DNA of 64,000 bases from a virus, in the IMG/VR virus record IMGVR_UViG_3300045988_110202, positions 1 to 64,000 of that record; one strand, given 5' to 3'. Position 1 is the stretch's first letter, and each line of letters begins with the position of its first letter. Shown here piece by piece: positions 9,693 to 19,700 of the stretch. Made by a program: the position numbers and the translations under genes. The notes beneath the pieces were generated by a model that was not told the origin of the DNA, did not search any database, and was given only the letters and a program-made list of their open reading frames with translations.

Positions 9693-10427
9693 CTATTTAC
9701 GAGCGTTTTTCATCTGATCTAAGATAGCCTGAGCTTCCTGCTGTCGTTCATCCTGCTCCATACGATAATCTAATGTTTCTGCACTAGATTCATACGCAAT
9801 AGCAACGCCTTTGGCTTGTTCGCTAAGTTTCTTTGCTCCTTCTCGAACCTCTTCCAAACCTTCCTGAGCAACATTTGAACTATTATATTGATCTAAATTT
9901 TTCTGTAATTCTGCAATCTGCTGATCTGCCTCCATCTGGAGAACTACAGTATCTTTTTCGCCTTTTAACTTAATGAGCTGATCATATGCCTGGTTTTTAA
10001 TTTCTTCCTGTTTATCCTTTGTGGTTTGCAACTCTGGGATTTTCTTTTCGTACACTGATTTCTGTGCCTTTAGCGTGGCTAATTTTTGAGCATAATACAT
10101 TGCTTTTTTATCATCATGATTATCAATGTACTGGTTGATCATTGCCTCGGTTTTAGAAATTTCTTCTTTTGTTTCTTTGAGATCATCTTCCATTGTTGCC
10201 AATCTACCAGCTACCGTTGTGTATGTACCCATTGTTTTCTTATAAAAGTCTTGTTTCTCTTTAATTGCAGTATTATATCTGGCTCTTGCTCCCTCTGGAG
10301 TCATTGCATTTTCTTTGATCTTTTCTGTAACTGTTCCAGATGCCACATTTTTAATCTGCTTTCCGTTTTTAGTAAATTGTAAATATGCGATAATTGCTAC
10401 AATTACACAAATAATAATAATTGCCAT
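9693..10427 (-). CDS. membrane-anchored coiled-coil protein (possible PspA/LiaH/IM30-like)
   Basis: 244 aa; N-terminal TM 'AIIIICVIVAIIAYL' followed by about 200 aa of heptad-rich, Q/E/K-rich sequence. Confidence 0.35.
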   Translation of the reverse strand: MAIIIICVIVAIIAYLQFTKNGKQIKNVASGTVTEKIKENAMTPEGARARYNTAIKEKQDFYKKTMGTYTTVAGRLATMEDDLKETKEEISKTEAMINQYIDNHDDKKAMYYAQKLATLKAQKSVYEKKIPELQTTKDKQEEIKNQAYDQLIKLKGEKDTVVLQMEADQQIAELQKNLDQYNSSNVAQEGLEEVREGAKKLSEQAKGVAIAYESSAETLDYRMEQDERQQEAQAILDQMKNARK

Positions 10428-10441
10428 AATAATTTCTCCTA

Positions 10442-11902
10442 TTAGAACTCACGGTAATCTGCTGGCTCTGGTGTTCCAAGACTTTCATTATCTGTAAACT
10501 CTACTTCTTTATCTTCAGAAACAAAATCTTTCAACATCTTTGCAAGATCAACACCTGTAGATCCTTTAACACCATCTGATACCTGATTCACAACATTCAT
10601 AATATCTTTTGTTAATTTTGTTGTATTTCCTTCTCCATACATAGTAATGCTTCCTACATTACCTAATGGCGCAGCTGCATTTTTAACTGCTTCTGGGAAC
10701 ATCTGGCACATCATTTCTACGATAGAAGCTTTACCCATCTGTTTCATAGCTTCAGCTTTCTTCTCAATAGCTTCTGCTTCAGCAATACCTTTTGCTTTAA
10801 TCGCCTCAGCTTCTGCTACACCTTTTGCTCGGATACCTTCAGCTTCCTGTTCCATAGCATATTTTGTAGATTCAGCTTCTTTTTCTTTAGCATATTTATT
10901 TGCTTCTGACTCTTTCTGTCTCTTATATAAATCTGCATCTGCTTTCTGCTGAGAAGCATATCTTTCAGCCTCTGCCTGTTTCTTGATCTGTGCATCTAAT
11001 GTCTGCTCTGTTACCTCAACGTCTTTGCGTTTCAATTCAATTTCTTTTTCCTGACGCATAATATTAGCATCCGCAGTTACAACTTCAATTTCTTTACGTG
11101 ATTTTTCTTCCTGAATCTTGTATGCTGCATCTGCCTCAGCCTTCTTTGCCTTTGAAATCTTCTCAAGTTCAGATTTTTTAATCTCCAGATTATTATTCTT
11201 TTCTGCAATCGCTGTTTCTGACTCGACTCTTGCATCATTCGCTTCTTTTTCAGCCATTGCTTTTGCTTTTTCAATATCTCTTTCGCTTTCAGCTCTGGAA
11301 ATCGCAGCCTTCTTCTGAATTTTAACAACATTATCTACACCAAGATTTTCAATAACATCATTATCATCCATAAAATTCTGCACATTAAAACTGATAATAT
11401 CTAATCCCATTGCAGCAAGGTCTGGTTTTGCATTTTCTGTAACAAGCTGTGCGAATTTCTGACGATCGGAAACCATTTCTTCGAGACTCATCTTTCCAAC
11501 GATCTCTCGCATATTACCTTCAAGGACTTCTCTTGCGACCTGTCCAATATCGCCTACTGGCTTATTTAAGAAGTTTTCTGCTGCAAGTTTTAATCTTTCT
11601 GGATTACTGCTAACCTTTACATTGACCGCTGCATCTACATTGATATTGATATAATCTGCTGTAGGCACAGAACTTGATGTCTTAACATCAATTGGAATTA
11701 ACTCAAGATTAAGATGATCTGCTTTTTCAAAGAATGGGATTTTTAACCCTGCCTTACCAATTAATGTCTTAGGTGTCTTTCTAAGTCCAGAAATAATATA
11801 AGCTTTATCTGGACTTGCTTTGACATAACCGCTACCGATAATAGCTCCTACGCCACCTACCGCAATAACCACTGGTACCACTGTTCCAATTACTTCAATC
11901 AT
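10442..11902 (-). CDS. SPFH/band-7 flotillin-family protein (FloT/YqiK-like)
   Basis: 486 aa; N-terminal TM, SPFH-like domain, then a long Ala/Glu/Lys-rich coiled coil with 'AEAEAIKAKGIAEAEAIEKKAEAM' flotillin-type repeats. Confidence 0.75.
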   Translation of the reverse strand: MIEVIGTVVPVVIAVGGVGAIIGSGYVKASPDKAYIISGLRKTPKTLIGKAGLKIPFFEKADHLNLELIPIDVKTSSSVPTADYININVDAAVNVKVSSNPERLKLAAENFLNKPVGDIGQVAREVLEGNMREIVGKMSLEEMVSDRQKFAQLVTENAKPDLAAMGLDIISFNVQNFMDDNDVIENLGVDNVVKIQKKAAISRAESERDIEKAKAMAEKEANDARVESETAIAEKNNNLEIKKSELEKISKAKKAEADAAYKIQEEKSRKEIEVVTADANIMRQEKEIELKRKDVEVTEQTLDAQIKKQAEAERYASQQKADADLYKRQKESEANKYAKEKEAESTKYAMEQEAEGIRAKGVAEAEAIKAKGIAEAEAIEKKAEAMKQMGKASIVEMMCQMFPEAVKNAAAPLGNVGSITMYGEGNTTKLTKDIMNVVNQVSDGVKGSTGVDLAKMLKDFVSEDKEVEFTDNESLGTPEPADYREF

Positions 11903-11967
11903 AAATATCTCCTTTGTTATAAAATTTATTTATCACAACACCATATATAAATGTTATAATCTTGTTA

Positions 11968-12300
11968 TTAAATACACCCACCACATGAGTTAGGGCGAAA
12001 ATCCTCTTCATTGATTGCTTTGAAGATCTGACGCTGAATATCAATATCTGTTGTGATTTCATCTAACCAATATTTATTAGACTCAATCCATTCATCTTGC
12101 TTTAGTCCGTCATAATATGATTCCCATTCTACGTCCCAACCCTTAAAATACCATCGTTCATATCTCTTATACGTATTCATAGATTCTGTACGGAGATCTT
12201 CTGGAATTTTGTCTGTCACATCTTTTCCGTCAACATAAAGCTTCCATTCTCCAATACAAAGGGCTAGACCGTGACCTGTCCATTTTGCTTTAATTTCCAT
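11968..12300 (-). CDS. hypothetical protein with a C-terminal 'SCGGCI' tail
   Basis: 110-aa ORF directly downstream of the radical-SAM gene. Confidence 0.4.
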   Translation of the reverse strand: MEIKAKWTGHGLALCIGEWKLYVDGKDVTDKIPEDLRTESMNTYKRYERWYFKGWDVEWESYYDGLKQDEWIESNKYWLDEITTDIDIQRQIFKAINEEDFRPNSCGGCI

Positions 12301-12320
12301 AATTAATCATCCTCTTCAAT

Positions 12321-13283
12321 TTAATTCCCTAATGCAATTAATGAATTTCCACATGTAATTCTGTCTGCGTCTTCTTCTTTCGATGGAACAAATACAATTA
12401 CATCCCAACCGTCTTTTACAAGTGGTTGTTCAAATTTTTCATATACGTCAAAATCTGTTACAATCTCATATCCTTCGTCAACTGCTTCAACTGTTTCATG
12501 AATAGGAGTAATCTTGACAATGCATTTTTCCTTATCGAAATACTTGTTCATCAAATCTACGTCTAAATTACTTTTGGATGTAACAGCAAAATTCAATGTA
12601 TACTTACGCTTCTTTGGCATTGGCAACCAATCAATAATGCCTCCGATCTCTGTTAAAGATAATGAACATCCTCGAAACATTTCATTTCTTTGTTCTTCAT
12701 TAAGAGTATTGATAGAAAACTGAAGACCAAAGCCATCTTCTCCGCCATATTCGAATCCAGTTTTAACCCATTTATGTAAAAATTCTTTTAAATTATTATT
12801 TGCCTTTGGCATCATTGTAGAAATTACTGGATGATATGTGTTGAAATGTATATCACTGTCTGGATCTGCTAACATATGTGCAATCTGTTTAGCCGAAGCA
12901 ATTACATTTTGATTAAATGTAGGTTCTCCCATTCTTGCATAATGTACATTTAATCGTTCTCCATGTCTGATTCCTGATAAAGCAATTCCAGAAGTGATCT
13001 CCATCATTAACTCTGGCAACGATGCATTTCCTTTAAATCCAAGTTTAGGGCAATCACAGAAATTGCAATGCATCGGGCAACCTTTCTGCGACGAAACAGT
13101 CACAACTAATTTTTCTCTAATATCAACTGGTTTATGTTCAACTTTTTCAATTCGTTTATCATACCCAAGAAAATCTGCCTTAATGTTGTTTTCCTTGCCA
13201 TAATCACCAACGAATAAGTATTCTAATGTTAAATCTGTATCGGAGATAATTTCTCCTGTATGTGTGTCTGTAATCTGTCTCAT
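12321..13283 (-). CDS. radical SAM enzyme
   Basis: 320 aa; 'GCPMHCNFCDCP' = CxxxCxxC cluster motif; 'MGEPTFN' glycine-rich SAM-binding-like motif; no SPASM-type extra Cys cluster. Confidence 0.7.
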   Translation of the reverse strand: MRQITDTHTGEIISDTDLTLEYLFVGDYGKENNIKADFLGYDKRIEKVEHKPVDIREKLVVTVSSQKGCPMHCNFCDCPKLGFKGNASLPELMMEITSGIALSGIRHGERLNVHYARMGEPTFNQNVIASAKQIAHMLADPDSDIHFNTYHPVISTMMPKANNNLKEFLHKWVKTGFEYGGEDGFGLQFSINTLNEEQRNEMFRGCSLSLTEIGGIIDWLPMPKKRKYTLNFAVTSKSNLDVDLMNKYFDKEKCIVKITPIHETVEAVDEGYEIVTDFDVYEKFEQPLVKDGWDVIVFVPSKEEDADRITCGNSLIALGN

Positions 13284-13313
13284 TTTCTCTCCTTCCTTTA
13301 AATTACTGTTTTA

Positions 13314-13781
13314 TTAATCAAATAATCCATACCCAAAGTGCTGTCTCAGTTCATCATTCCAACTATTAATCGATTCAACTTTTGGCTCTTGGACAAGCTT
13401 ATATCGAAAATCTTCAGGCATAGACAGTGCGATAAAATTCATAATAAGTTTTGCACAATCTTTCCTTTCTTCAATATAATACACGCCATCTTCTTTATAG
13501 AAATCAACCTCTTTAAAACACCCAGAATTATTTAAAATTTCAAATGCTGTTTCGCGCATTTCTGATTCTTGATACTCTGTCCAAATCAGTCTCTCACTTC
13601 TATAACCAAGACCTAGACCCGTATAATCTTCATTGTAATTAAAAGCTACTCCTAGCTTTTTACAACTGTCTTTATACGCTTGTCGAATTTTATGAATATC
13701 ATAGTTACAATCAAATAAAAAACTTTCTGATATTTTATGCCCATCTTCCGACCAGTCGCCTAATTCTAATTTATAAATCAT
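13314..13781 (-). CDS. hypothetical protein
   Basis: 155-aa ORF. Confidence 0.4.
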   Translation of the reverse strand: MIYKLELGDWSEDGHKISESFLFDCNYDIHKIRQAYKDSCKKLGVAFNYNEDYTGLGLGYRSERLIWTEYQESEMRETAFEILNNSGCFKEVDFYKEDGVYYIEERKDCAKLIMNFIALSMPEDFRYKLVQEPKVESINSWNDELRQHFGYGLFD

Positions 13782-13838
13782 TCCAGTCTCCTTTCTTTAA
13801 GCACCCACCCGTCAAATTTGACGGGAAGGTGTATTATC

Positions 13839-14228
13839 TTAATCTTCTAACGAATCAATCATTGCACGTAATTCTGCTTCTGACATCTTCTCAATAGCCT
13901 CATCCTGTTTCTTGGAAAGAGCATCAATATATTTTCTCTGTGTCAGTTTCTTATTAATACGTTCCTTTTCAGCAAGTCTCTCATTACGTTTTGTTGTAAA
14001 GATATACTTCACAATACCAATCGCAGCCGTTAATTTTGGATCAACATTTGCATCATCCAACAGACTTTCTTCTGAAGATTTAACTTCCTGATCTTTCAGA
14101 TTTTTATAAACCACGTCTAAATCTTTATCAGATAAATCCCATAAATCTTCTACGGATAATTCTCCCTTTGTTGATGGGAATCTCAATTTGCTTCTTGTTG
14201 CCATTTCGAATAACTTTTCTGTTGTCAT
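13839..14228 (-). CDS. hypothetical protein
   Basis: 129-aa ORF. Confidence 0.4.
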   Translation of the reverse strand: MTTEKLFEMATRSKLRFPSTKGELSVEDLWDLSDKDLDVVYKNLKDQEVKSSEESLLDDANVDPKLTAAIGIVKYIFTTKRNERLAEKERINKKLTQRKYIDALSKKQDEAIEKMSEAELRAMIDSLED

Positions 14229-14248
14229 AATTTAATCTCCTTTTTATG

Positions 14249-16318
14249 TTAAAATTTAATTTTAAGAACTCTTTCTGTTGCACCCTTGACTTTAACAATC
14301 ACATCATCTCGCTTTGTAGAGCTGAAGCCAATTCCTGATAACTGGTTTGGATCATCTGCGACATGCATTTTGCTTCCTAAAGCCTCGAATACTCTCTTGT
14401 GCTGTACTAATTCCTGCTTCAAAAACTCATTGAAGAATCCATTTGGAGTATCTTCATTTACACATCCGTTTAACATAAACAGATAATGTTTATGTCCAAT
14501 ACCTGTCTGCTCGTCCCAATAGTTAGGTGAATAACACATTACTGTTACTGGCACAAACTGATTTGTATTGATTCCCCAGATTTCTCTTGAAGATGTTGCT
14601 GATGGAAGTTTCTCTTTGATTGTGAATACTCCATCTTTTAATGCAACTGTAGCCACTGGAACATCTTCGTTCTGACGTAAAGGCTTATCATATTCAAATT
14701 CATAAATCTGTCCATCAAATTCAATCTCTGCTGTAAATCCAGAAACTCCATTTCTATGAGCAAAATTTCTTACGAAAAATTCATATTCTCCGTCAACCAT
14801 TTTGGATTTATCTGCCCATGTAATATTTTCTACGGCAGGCTCTCCTCTATGTGGATGAGTTACATCAACATCAAGGCTTCCACCAGTTGCATAATCATGC
14901 ATTGAAGCATAATAGATATGATGACGTGGAGTTCTGCAATGTGCATCAAAATCATCCTGATTCCAATCTGTATTTGCATTCCACTGAATTGAGAATCTTA
15001 AAACTCCATCAACTGTACCACCTGCGTTCTTAATTCTTTCTTTCATTTCACTGTCTGTCATATTTCCTGAATATGCCCAGCTGAAAGGATTACTCCACTT
15101 CATCATGTTCTTAGCATCTTTATTTACAGGTGCGATCAGTGAAACCATATTCTTCTTGTGACGATTTTCAAACAGAACTTCTAATTCTTTTGCCGTTGGA
15201 AGTACATCTGATACGAATTTCTCTGCACTGATTTCTTCGACTTTAGAGAACTTCTTAGGATTTACAGCAACTTCCTTACTCATCTCATCGAAAATATCTA
15301 AACCGCCCTGAATACGTGGTGCTGCATCACGATTACAAAACAGGATATTGTTGACTGTAATATCATCAAGTTTCGCAAATCTACGCTGTAATGAATCCAT
15401 ATATCCTAAATCAGTCACAGTTTTCTTTGCATCCTCAAGCATTTTCTTTGTAAAAATTGCCTTTGGTCGTTTGTAATTCGCAGGAGCTACAACATTTTCA
15501 TAAGCCTTAACCGCATTATCTAAGTCCATATCCTCACTGATATTTACAAGCAATGTACCAATACTATGGTTTCTAATACGACCAATTACATCTCCGATAG
15601 TCATTGCTTTTGCCCATGCGTATGTATCTTTTTCTTCATCAGACAAAGCATCATATTCTCGCTGATATTTTCTAAAGTCTTTTAAGACTCTTTCCCATTC
15701 CTGTCCTCTGTAAAGAGTATTTGAAGCGATCAGTTCTAATACGGTATCAACAGCTTCTTCTGTAATCTCATCGAGTGATCTTTTAAACACATTCTTTCGA
15801 TCTCTGACTTTTGCTTTTGCTGTAGGAATATCGGATTTTCTCTCTAGTAATCTCTCTGGAATCGGTGTATACATATGAGTCCATTTGATAATCTGCTTAT
15901 CTTCTGTATACTCATTTGTGGTTTTTGTACCAACTGTATTTGTAAAATGTCTCCAAATATCTTTGATTGGTTTAGATTCTACATATGTTCTCAGAGCATC
16001 AACTACTGGCTGAAATACGGCATCCTCAGTGTCGATCTCCCAGATAGTATGAATCTTGCCATCAACAATTGCCACAGCTCCACCGATTGTTTTAATAAAG
16101 TTTCGGCAATGACCACAATCGTATTCTCTTCGCTTGCGATACATCTTGTTAGTTCCTTCGGGAAAACTACTCAGATATACTTCCCAAAGTTCATCTTTAT
16201 CAATATCGGTTTCATACAATGTAGAATTGTTTTTCTCTACATAATCGAGCATTTTATTTAAACGCTCTGACAATTTGTTTAAAAAATTGCTCCAGTTTTC
16301 ATTCATTGGTGTGCACAT
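14249..16318 (-). CDS. large hypothetical protein (689 aa)
   Basis: long uninterrupted ORF; contains 'CGHCRNF'; no catalytic motif recognised. Confidence 0.55.
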   Translation of the reverse strand: MCTPMNENWSNFLNKLSERLNKMLDYVEKNNSTLYETDIDKDELWEVYLSSFPEGTNKMYRKRREYDCGHCRNFIKTIGGAVAIVDGKIHTIWEIDTEDAVFQPVVDALRTYVESKPIKDIWRHFTNTVGTKTTNEYTEDKQIIKWTHMYTPIPERLLERKSDIPTAKAKVRDRKNVFKRSLDEITEEAVDTVLELIASNTLYRGQEWERVLKDFRKYQREYDALSDEEKDTYAWAKAMTIGDVIGRIRNHSIGTLLVNISEDMDLDNAVKAYENVVAPANYKRPKAIFTKKMLEDAKKTVTDLGYMDSLQRRFAKLDDITVNNILFCNRDAAPRIQGGLDIFDEMSKEVAVNPKKFSKVEEISAEKFVSDVLPTAKELEVLFENRHKKNMVSLIAPVNKDAKNMMKWSNPFSWAYSGNMTDSEMKERIKNAGGTVDGVLRFSIQWNANTDWNQDDFDAHCRTPRHHIYYASMHDYATGGSLDVDVTHPHRGEPAVENITWADKSKMVDGEYEFFVRNFAHRNGVSGFTAEIEFDGQIYEFEYDKPLRQNEDVPVATVALKDGVFTIKEKLPSATSSREIWGINTNQFVPVTVMCYSPNYWDEQTGIGHKHYLFMLNGCVNEDTPNGFFNEFLKQELVQHKRVFEALGSKMHVADDPNQLSGIGFSSTKRDDVIVKVKGATERVLKIKF

Positions 16319-16340
16319 AATTTATCTCCTTTTCATTTTG

Positions 16341-17678
16341 TTATTTAATTGCTACGAAAACGTCTTCCTGTTTTCTATCATTAATATAAATTTCCATACA
16401 TTTAAGTTCTGGAAAATATTTCTTTGCTAATTTCTTAAATTCATTAGCAAGCTTTTCATCTTCTGGTGCATAATGTAATTTGTCATCTAAAAAGCTAGGT
16501 ACTAAACGATCCACCGTTCTTCTTAAGAATTTTGCATGAGGTAAACCTTTGCGTTCCTCTTCTCTGTGCTTATCATTCTCGATGATCTCTTCCAGTTTGC
16601 ATAAATTTTCTGTCACTTCAATGCAGCTACTTGGATATTTCACATATTTGTTTGTCCAGAAGTCAACAGCATCATGGGCACCTGCGTTACCAAACAGGTA
16701 TTTTAATACACAAGTCTTGAAACCTTCTTCTCTGTTAAATCTGTCGAATCTGCTTGTATAAGCAACAGTTTCAGTACCACAGTTCCAAACCACCTTAACC
16801 ATACCTCTGTAAAATTTAGCCTTAGTTACTGGTTTACCACCTCTTTCGAGTGGCTTACCATTACTATCTAAAACAGGTTCCCTAACTGTCATCTCTTTGT
16901 CTACATAAATAACTTTTTTGATTTTGTCTTTTAATTTTTCTGTATTCATATCTTTCTCCTCTTCGTTTCCTGTAAGTTCACTCATGATTTCATCCAATTT
17001 TTCTGACGCAAATGTTAAAGTCGCACTCATTTCACCATTCCAATCAATATGTGTTGGTGCATAAGGACTCAACCCACTGTCGTCATGTATCATCCATGAT
17101 TTCCCTGTGGTTGAAAGCTCACCAACCTCATTCTTTATTGGTTCTGACGTTGCAGTAATTGGTTTTTGTTGATAGTGTGACAGAGCAGATACTCTTCTTT
17201 CTGAAAGTGGCGGTAGAGTTGATGTATCAACCTGTATTTTGTCAGCTAGAATCATACCTGTCTTAATCTCGCATTTTTCATTCATTGTTTCTCCTTTTCT
17301 TATGATTCTAATAGCTGCCTCTGTTGACTTTATACTTTGTAGTCTATATCGCAGTTTTTCGTACCAATATGGAACAATAATATTTACTACATCATTTTTA
17401 TAAACATCCATTACAATTGACTCCGCATCATCAAACACCTCATATTGATAAGGATGTAATGTTTTAGTAATTAGACCTTGAGGTTTTATCATGTAAGTAG
17501 CTATTATCGCTGAATCAAACTTTGATTCAACTGTCTCAATTTTAAATTTTACATACACATCATCGTTTTCTACTTCGACAATCTCTCCTACATTAAATGA
17601 TGAAATCTGATTATGATTATATTTAACTTCTTTACCATTCATACAGCGTACCCAAACGCCCGTTTTATTTTCTTCCAT
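16341..17678 (-). CDS. hypothetical protein (445 aa)
   Basis: long ORF adjacent to the 689-aa ORF. Confidence 0.55.
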   Translation of the reverse strand: MEENKTGVWVRCMNGKEVKYNHNQISSFNVGEIVEVENDDVYVKFKIETVESKFDSAIIATYMIKPQGLITKTLHPYQYEVFDDAESIVMDVYKNDVVNIIVPYWYEKLRYRLQSIKSTEAAIRIIRKGETMNEKCEIKTGMILADKIQVDTSTLPPLSERRVSALSHYQQKPITATSEPIKNEVGELSTTGKSWMIHDDSGLSPYAPTHIDWNGEMSATLTFASEKLDEIMSELTGNEEEKDMNTEKLKDKIKKVIYVDKEMTVREPVLDSNGKPLERGGKPVTKAKFYRGMVKVVWNCGTETVAYTSRFDRFNREEGFKTCVLKYLFGNAGAHDAVDFWTNKYVKYPSSCIEVTENLCKLEEIIENDKHREEERKGLPHAKFLRRTVDRLVPSFLDDKLHYAPEDEKLANEFKKLAKKYFPELKCMEIYINDRKQEDVFVAIK

Positions 17679-17692
17679 GCGATTCTCCTTTT

Positions 17693-18130
17693 TTAATTTC
17701 TTAATTCACAAGGTACTTTTACATTAAACGTATCTTCACGCTTATATTTTCCTATCAAAATGGTAATAACGATATCTTGATCTAATGTATCGACAAACGA
17801 ATATATTCCATTTCGTTTTCTTTCAATATCAAACGAATCATATATACGCAATATCCACCTTTCTTTATCAAGCAAAGCTGAAACACTAAACATATAAATA
17901 TTATCCAAATGTTTTTCATCACAAATTGTATAATGAACTCTTGGCATTAACTCTCTTGTATGTAATCGTAGATCACCTACGTTTTCATTAATCACTACAT
18001 ATGTTTTTTCTTTTCCATTTTGCTTGTTTAACACTTTAATACAGTCTCCTGAGTGTGGACTATATTCTATTTCATCTAGTTCAAAATATCTTTGTCCTGA
18101 ATGTCCGAATCTTTGTATGTAAATACCCAT
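17693..18130 (-). CDS. hypothetical protein
   Basis: 145-aa ORF. Confidence 0.4.
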   Translation of the reverse strand: MGIYIQRFGHSGQRYFELDEIEYSPHSGDCIKVLNKQNGKEKTYVVINENVGDLRLHTRELMPRVHYTICDEKHLDNIYMFSVSALLDKERWILRIYDSFDIERKRNGIYSFVDTLDQDIVITILIGKYKREDTFNVKVPCELRN

Positions 18131-18141
18131 AATTCTCCTTT

Positions 18142-18966
18142 CTAAGCCAAAGCACTCTGTGATGCAAAATATTGTGCTAATTTCTTTGCTAAGTATAATT
18201 GCCCTTTGCCAGTCACATATGTCTTAGTGATCAACTTACTCCCATTCTTAGTCTCAACTTCACTCTCTGTTAATTTGAAAATGCCCTGCTTAACATATCT
18301 TTCATATGGTGTGTTATCTGACATGAGATACCCTTCTTTTCTTAACCACGCAAACAATTTGTTTCTACCCATATGAATATCTTGATTTTCTTTCTCAAGA
18401 AGTTTTGCCATTGTTGTCATGTCAACCATTGTTTCTGTGGCACTGACTGTATTGGCAAAATCGACAAGTGGCTTCTGCTGGCTAATAACTTCTTCTTTCT
18501 GGGCTAATAGCTCATCCTTTTGCTCCAAAGTATTTTGCATAATATTCAATGCTTTTGCCATGATGGTTAAATCATCATCATCTTTTTCGATTGGAATATA
18601 TCCACCTGTCTTACGAATCTGCGGAAGAACTTCTGATGTGACCCAATGCTTAAATTCTTTTGCGGTATCCAATTTACTTCCAAAAATTAAAGCGTATAAA
18701 CCAGATTCATTAATAAATGTAAGCCCTCTGTTTGGTACGTTTTCTAAGGTGGCGATTTGGCACCTTAGAAATAATCTCTTATCTTCGTCATCAACATGCT
18801 TCTTTAATGCATTAACCGTATCTACATATCCAAGACAGCTTGCAACATCTTTGCCAGAAAACCAAGGCTCGTTATCTAAGACCGCTGTGCGGATATTTCC
18901 AAATTCATCATTGTTGAACACCAAAGTGTTTAACCCTTCATTAACCATATTCTTTTCTTCTGTCAT
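18142..18966 (-). CDS. Bro-N domain antirepressor-family protein (paralog 1)
   Basis: 274 aa; N-terminal 'FNNDEFGNIRTAVLDNEPWFSGKDVASCLGY...QIATLENVPNRGLTFINESGLYALIFGSKL..WVTSEVLPQIRKTGGY' = Bro-N signature; about 75% identical over some 110 aa to 53313..54080. Confidence 0.8.
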   Translation of the reverse strand: MTEEKNMVNEGLNTLVFNNDEFGNIRTAVLDNEPWFSGKDVASCLGYVDTVNALKKHVDDEDKRLFLRCQIATLENVPNRGLTFINESGLYALIFGSKLDTAKEFKHWVTSEVLPQIRKTGGYIPIEKDDDDLTIMAKALNIMQNTLEQKDELLAQKEEVISQQKPLVDFANTVSATETMVDMTTMAKLLEKENQDIHMGRNKLFAWLRKEGYLMSDNTPYERYVKQGIFKLTESEVETKNGSKLITKTYVTGKGQLYLAKKLAQYFASQSALA

Positions 18967-19049
18967 TAAATGCCTCCTAAGTTATAATTTTACATTTCAA
19001 TTTTGCACAAATGCCTGTGCGAGTCATCATATATAATAAGGAAGAAACT

Positions 19050-19700
19050 CTACCCGATTATATTCTGGATCAGCTCATAATACTTTGTTCTACCGACATA
19101 CGACTTATGTTCTGCATCTTTTAATTCTTTCTTCAAAGTACATATATCTTTCTGATTATCCATGCAATTCTGCATCACTTCTATGTATCGAATACAATTC
19201 TTGATCTTTCTATGCAATTCTTGTAAGGTTTTAAGATACCCAACAATCACGGCACGTTTCGCAGCATCAATCTTTTTAAACTCAATTGCATGAAGAATAT
19301 CACTTCTGGCAGAATCGGCATATGATAATGCCTGTTCTAACTCAAATTTCTTTTCTCCTAATTGATCTGAGTCATATGCTAAAAGCCCTACTATAGCTCT
19401 TTCCTCAGTCTCTATATTGTCGATCAATGTATTATCACATTCCCAATCCATAAAGCAATTTCCATTACCTTTACGCATTATTTCACTAGATTCCATAGGT
19501 TTTCCAACTTTACCTAGCTCAATTTCTCTGGCATGAAATCCGTCTTTCATCCACGTATATTTATGCTTCAAACCTAAAATGTGCTTTGCTTGTTTGGATG
19601 TAAATTGAGTAGCTTCAGACTTACGATTATCACGAACGTATTTATTTCTTGCATGATCTCTTTTCACATAGAACTCTTCATTCGTAATTATGTATTTCAT
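19050..19700 (-). CDS. hypothetical protein
   Basis: 216-aa ORF. Confidence 0.45.
   Translation of the reverse strand: MKYIITNEEFYVKRDHARNKYVRDNRKSEATQFTSKQAKHILGLKHKYTWMKDGFHAREIELGKVGKPMESSEIMRKGNGNCFMDWECDNTLIDNIETEERAIVGLLAYDSDQLGEKKFELEQALSYADSARSDILHAIEFKKIDAAKRAVIVGYLKTLQELHRKIKNCIRYIEVMQNCMDNQKDICTLKKELKDAEHKSYVGRTKYYELIQNIIG

Noticed and set aside
9578-9718. 46-aa ORF with GGAGG plus ATG inside the tRNA insertion
   Set aside because: It overlaps tRNA structural elements on the opposite strand and has a low-complexity product. Kept only as a note under the interrupted tRNA finding.
10647-11331. ORFs 10647..10952, 11077..11331 and 11118..11318, and the repetitive 'GCTTCAGC/AEAEAI' periodicity that might suggest a CRISPR or tandem repeat
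   Set aside because: The periodicity is the coding repeat of the flotillin coiled coil; the ORFs are alternative frames of that low-complexity region. There is no spacer-repeat architecture.
18419-19036. 205-aa plus-strand ORF and its look-alike 53231..53602
   Set aside because: These are antisense frames of the two Bro-N paralogs. Their similarity just mirrors the duplicated coding sequence on the other strand.
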